DNA of 59,719 nucleotides from a virus (Duplodnaviria; Caudoviricetes): IMG/VR virus record IMGVR_UViG_3300025000_000111, positions 1 to 59,719 of that record; one strand, 5' to 3'. Shown piece by piece: positions 56,909 to 59,719 of this stretch (position 1 is its first letter; each line of letters starts with the position of its first letter). The notes under the pieces were generated by a model. It saw only the letters and a program-made list of their open reading frames with translations, ran no database searches and was not told where the DNA came from. The position numbers and the translations under genes were made by a program.

Positions 56909-58937
56909 ATGAAATACTTTAAAGTTAAACCAGAAAATGATCAGTTACAAAAATTCTACAAAAGAAAATGTACTGGCATATTAATTGCCAATGAATTGTA
57001 CACAAGCAAAGAGGTTGAAAAAATATTTATATCAATTTCATTTGATAAATGTTTTGATATTATAAACGTTAATCCAAAGAAAACCCTTTTCTTTTTCGGG
57101 GCAAGGTTTGAAAGTAAATTAAATAATTATTAACACTAATAACAAATTACAATGAAAACAATTCACACAGACAAAAGGGAAATTATCAGATTATGGCTTA
57201 ATCAGTCCCAACCATTTGCAGCCAATCCGTCAAGGAATTTTTACTTCGAGGGCAAATCAATTTACAGTTATGGAAAGCACTTTGTAATTGCTGAAATATT
57301 GGATAATGGAAGTATTTTACTGAATGAAGATAAATACAGTGTTACAACTGCAAAACATAAATTAGCAGTTGAGCAAATGTTATCCGGTAAAGATATTATC
57401 TTTTGCGCCTCATTACCTAACTCAATTCACAGAAACATTGAAATGTATAACTATCAAATTTATGTGTTATCTGACAAGTTGACAAGGGCAAGAAACAAGG
57501 ACAAATATATCACAGCTATTACAGCCATACAATTCAAGATCAATCGTTTACAGTCATTAATATAATATTTTAAGACAATGGAAACAATAGAAATTTTAGA
57601 GGGTAATAAATTGATTGCCGAATTTATGGGGTATGAAAAATATACTATTAAAGGAAAATCAGACGGTTATAGAATAGTTAAAATTAATACGGGTATAACC
57701 TTTGATAGTTGTGTAGGTAGCTTAGAATTTCATTCATCATGGGACTGGTTAATGCCTGTTGTTGAAAAGATTGAACTTAGTGGATATGTAGTAAACATAA
57801 AAGGAATTTCCGTCTCAATTAGTAGATTATTAGCGGACGACTCAATAGTTCAGTATGTTTGTGGTAATTTGAGTAAAAAAATAGAATTGGTATATATTAC
57901 AGTTATCGAGTTTATAAAATGGTACAATTCACAAAACAATAACTAATAACAAATTAAATCATGGAAACAAAAACATTTGAGAATTTTATGTTTGTTAATA
58001 CAGCCGGAAACACAAGAAACGGGTTTTATCATAAGTCTAATTTATTTCACAATGATATAAATATCAGTGAGGCAAAATGTAATTATTTAAATAGGACTTG
58101 GGAGGCATATACATATCAGTCAGCAATGCAGCAGGCGGTAAGTAATGCAATTTCACAGGAAGAATACAATCTACTTCAAAATTACCGTTACCAGAATAAC
58201 ATTAAAAAAGTTAAAACTGAAGTAAGGGAATTACTATATGCCAATAGTGCAAAAATCATTGAACTGAATGAACTGTATAAAAAACTGTAAAGCTATGACA
58301 ATAGGACAAGCGTTAGCAAAAACACACAAAGAGAAAAGAAAATCAGATACTGAATCATCTAAAATGAGTCCATTAATGTATTATCTTGAATTTAATTACA
58401 ATGAAAGATATGTAACTCTTTGTGAAAGAGTTGGAATTACTCCAGTATCATTCCCAAAATGGTTATTAAGAGACATTAACACAATTTAAAAACTGTAAAT
58501 CATGTATCAGATAATAGTAAAGAAAGGTAAAAGCACTGCACAAGTATTCAGTATATTTCAGGCTGAAAATACTTTTTACAGCTATTTAAATAACACTGAG
58601 TCCGGCAAATTAGTAAAAAAAGGGAAATTAATTTATACGGGCAAAAGTAAGTTTAAGGCAATTGAATCGGTAAAAGAATTAATTTTAGATAATAACGCAT
58701 AAACAAATTAAGACAATGAAAACATATAAAGAAACAGATTTAGAGGATTTTGATGCTTGGAGTGGCGCAAAAGACACAAAACAAACTATCATTGATAATG
58801 ATAAATGTGAAGAGTTTGAAGCATTTATAGAGGACTTATATCCAGATGGTTTAAGTGAAACACAATTGAATGATATTCTTTGGTTCGATTCTGAATGGAT
58901 ATTTGAATCTTTAGGAATAGAAGCGGGTAAAGAATAA
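56909..58937 (+). other. Immediate-early operon of 7 small genes (56909-57133, 57152-57565, 57578-57946, 57961-58290, ~58295-58489, 58502-58702, 58716-58937)
   Basis: A-rich leaders; common phage early motifs (YSYGKHF..YSVTTAKH; SWDWLMPVVEKIE; YLNRTWE; FDAWSGAKDT). Confidence 0.75.
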
Positions 58938-58960
58938 TAAGTAATTAAACAATATTTAAT

Positions 58961-58990
58961 AGAGGTGCATTAATTTGTACCTCTTTTTTT
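58961..58990 (+). terminator. Rho-independent terminator
   Basis: AGAGGTGCA/TGTACCTCT stem plus T-run. Confidence 0.85.
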
Positions 58991-59254
58991 ATGCCTATCA
59001 TTTTGGTAAGCTTTTTACTTTCTGAATAATTACAATAGACACTATTTTAAAGCGATTTTAGACACTATCTACCTATGACAAGTACTAATTATCCAGACAG
59101 TAACAAATAGCAGTAAAACGAATTTAATGAGTTTTGTAACATTTGTGGCAGATGTGGTATTTTTCAGGCTCTTATAGCCTTTATCGGATATAGACTCAGC
59201 CGTTTTTCAATATTCTATTTCTAAAAAGCATATAGACTCAGGCATTCTGGAAAT

Positions 59255-59285
59255 AAAAAATCCACACAGTTTTTGGCTGTATGGA
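59255..59285 (-). terminator. Terminator of the minus-strand early operon
   Basis: TCCATACAG/CTGTGTGGA stem plus T6 on the minus strand. Confidence 0.65.
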
Positions 59286-59310
59286 CTTGACAATTCTGTA
59301 TGGACTTGGA

Positions 59311-59686
59311 CTACATTACTCCGGTCAGTTCTGTCTGTACGATTTCGATAGCATAGTGAGTGCTAATCATATCACCATAGGTAAGTTGATATAGTATGCA
59401 CTCAGGGGTGATGACGTAGGCAATAACCATCCTATCAACTAAGTCTGGGTCTGTTGCCAGTTGTACAATATCACCATGTTTAAAAACAGGTTTCATCCAT
59501 TCATTAGTCATTAGTTCCTCCTACTTTTATCCATTTACCATCTTTAAAACACTGATCTATTTCATCTTCTGTCCAAATACTTATACCAACCCACCCAGCC
59601 TGTGACATAACATAACCATCTGGTTGTGATAATATAACATACTCTAACGAGTCGTATATAAACTTGACATTATCATACTTTTTCAT
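59311..59686 (-). other. Two small ORFs (59311-59511, 59504-59686) continuing the operon across the circular junction
   Basis: Coupled to ORF 100-501 through the terminal repeat. Confidence 0.65.
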
Positions 59687-59719
59687 TGCGTTCGACTATT
59701 GCTTGTTTAAGATACTGAC
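59574..59719. repeat. Terminal direct repeat copy 2
   Basis: Matches 1-146. Confidence 0.95.

Noticed and set aside
1..59719. Genome-wide TAG or TGA recoding as in some crAss-like phages
   Set aside because: All long genes are intact in the standard code, TAG ends several genes (capsid, chaperone, GTs), only one internal TAG was found and no suppressor tRNA was seen

Overview
The window is an apparently complete, circularly assembled ~59.57 kb genome of a tailed dsDNA phage; bases 1-146 recur at 59574-59719 with one mismatch. The host is almost certainly a Bacteroidota: promoters carry TAnnTTTG -7 boxes, a tail protein has a Fibrobacter-succinogenes-major (FISUMP) domain, and TerS and the tape measure look Bacteroidota-type. 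A long tape measure plus a frameshifted tail chaperone point to a siphovirus-like virion. I saw no integrase, reverse transcriptase, tRNA or CRISPR array. Layout on the minus strand: early/replication genes (0.1-16.7 kb: SSB, primase-helicase, Cas4-like exonuclease, resolvase, RepL-like protein), lysis (17-18.4 kb), tail and head (18.4-37 kb), then packaging genes interleaved with 6-7 sugar-handling genes (37-52 kb). A non-coding control/end region lies at 55-56.9 kb and plus-strand early genes at 56.9-58.9 kb. Structures not explained by the ORF track: (1) an integron-like array of attC-like hairpins at 37.7-38.9 kb whose ORFs start inside the hairpin and cross the predicted crossover, with no integrase on the phage; (2) a ~260-nt highly base-paired non-coding RNA at 1.30-1.56 kb behind its own promoter; (3) seven back-to-back promoter pairs, each firing a plus-strand island of small genes head-on into the late operon; (4) a second, phage-specific promoter class (AT[TG]ATTTT-N19-TATTTTTG); (5) a covarying pseudoknotted leader RNA before both HNH-AP2 genes. 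Several +1 homopolymer frameshifts suggest sequencing over-calls. All functional calls are from motif recognition by eye; no searches were run.
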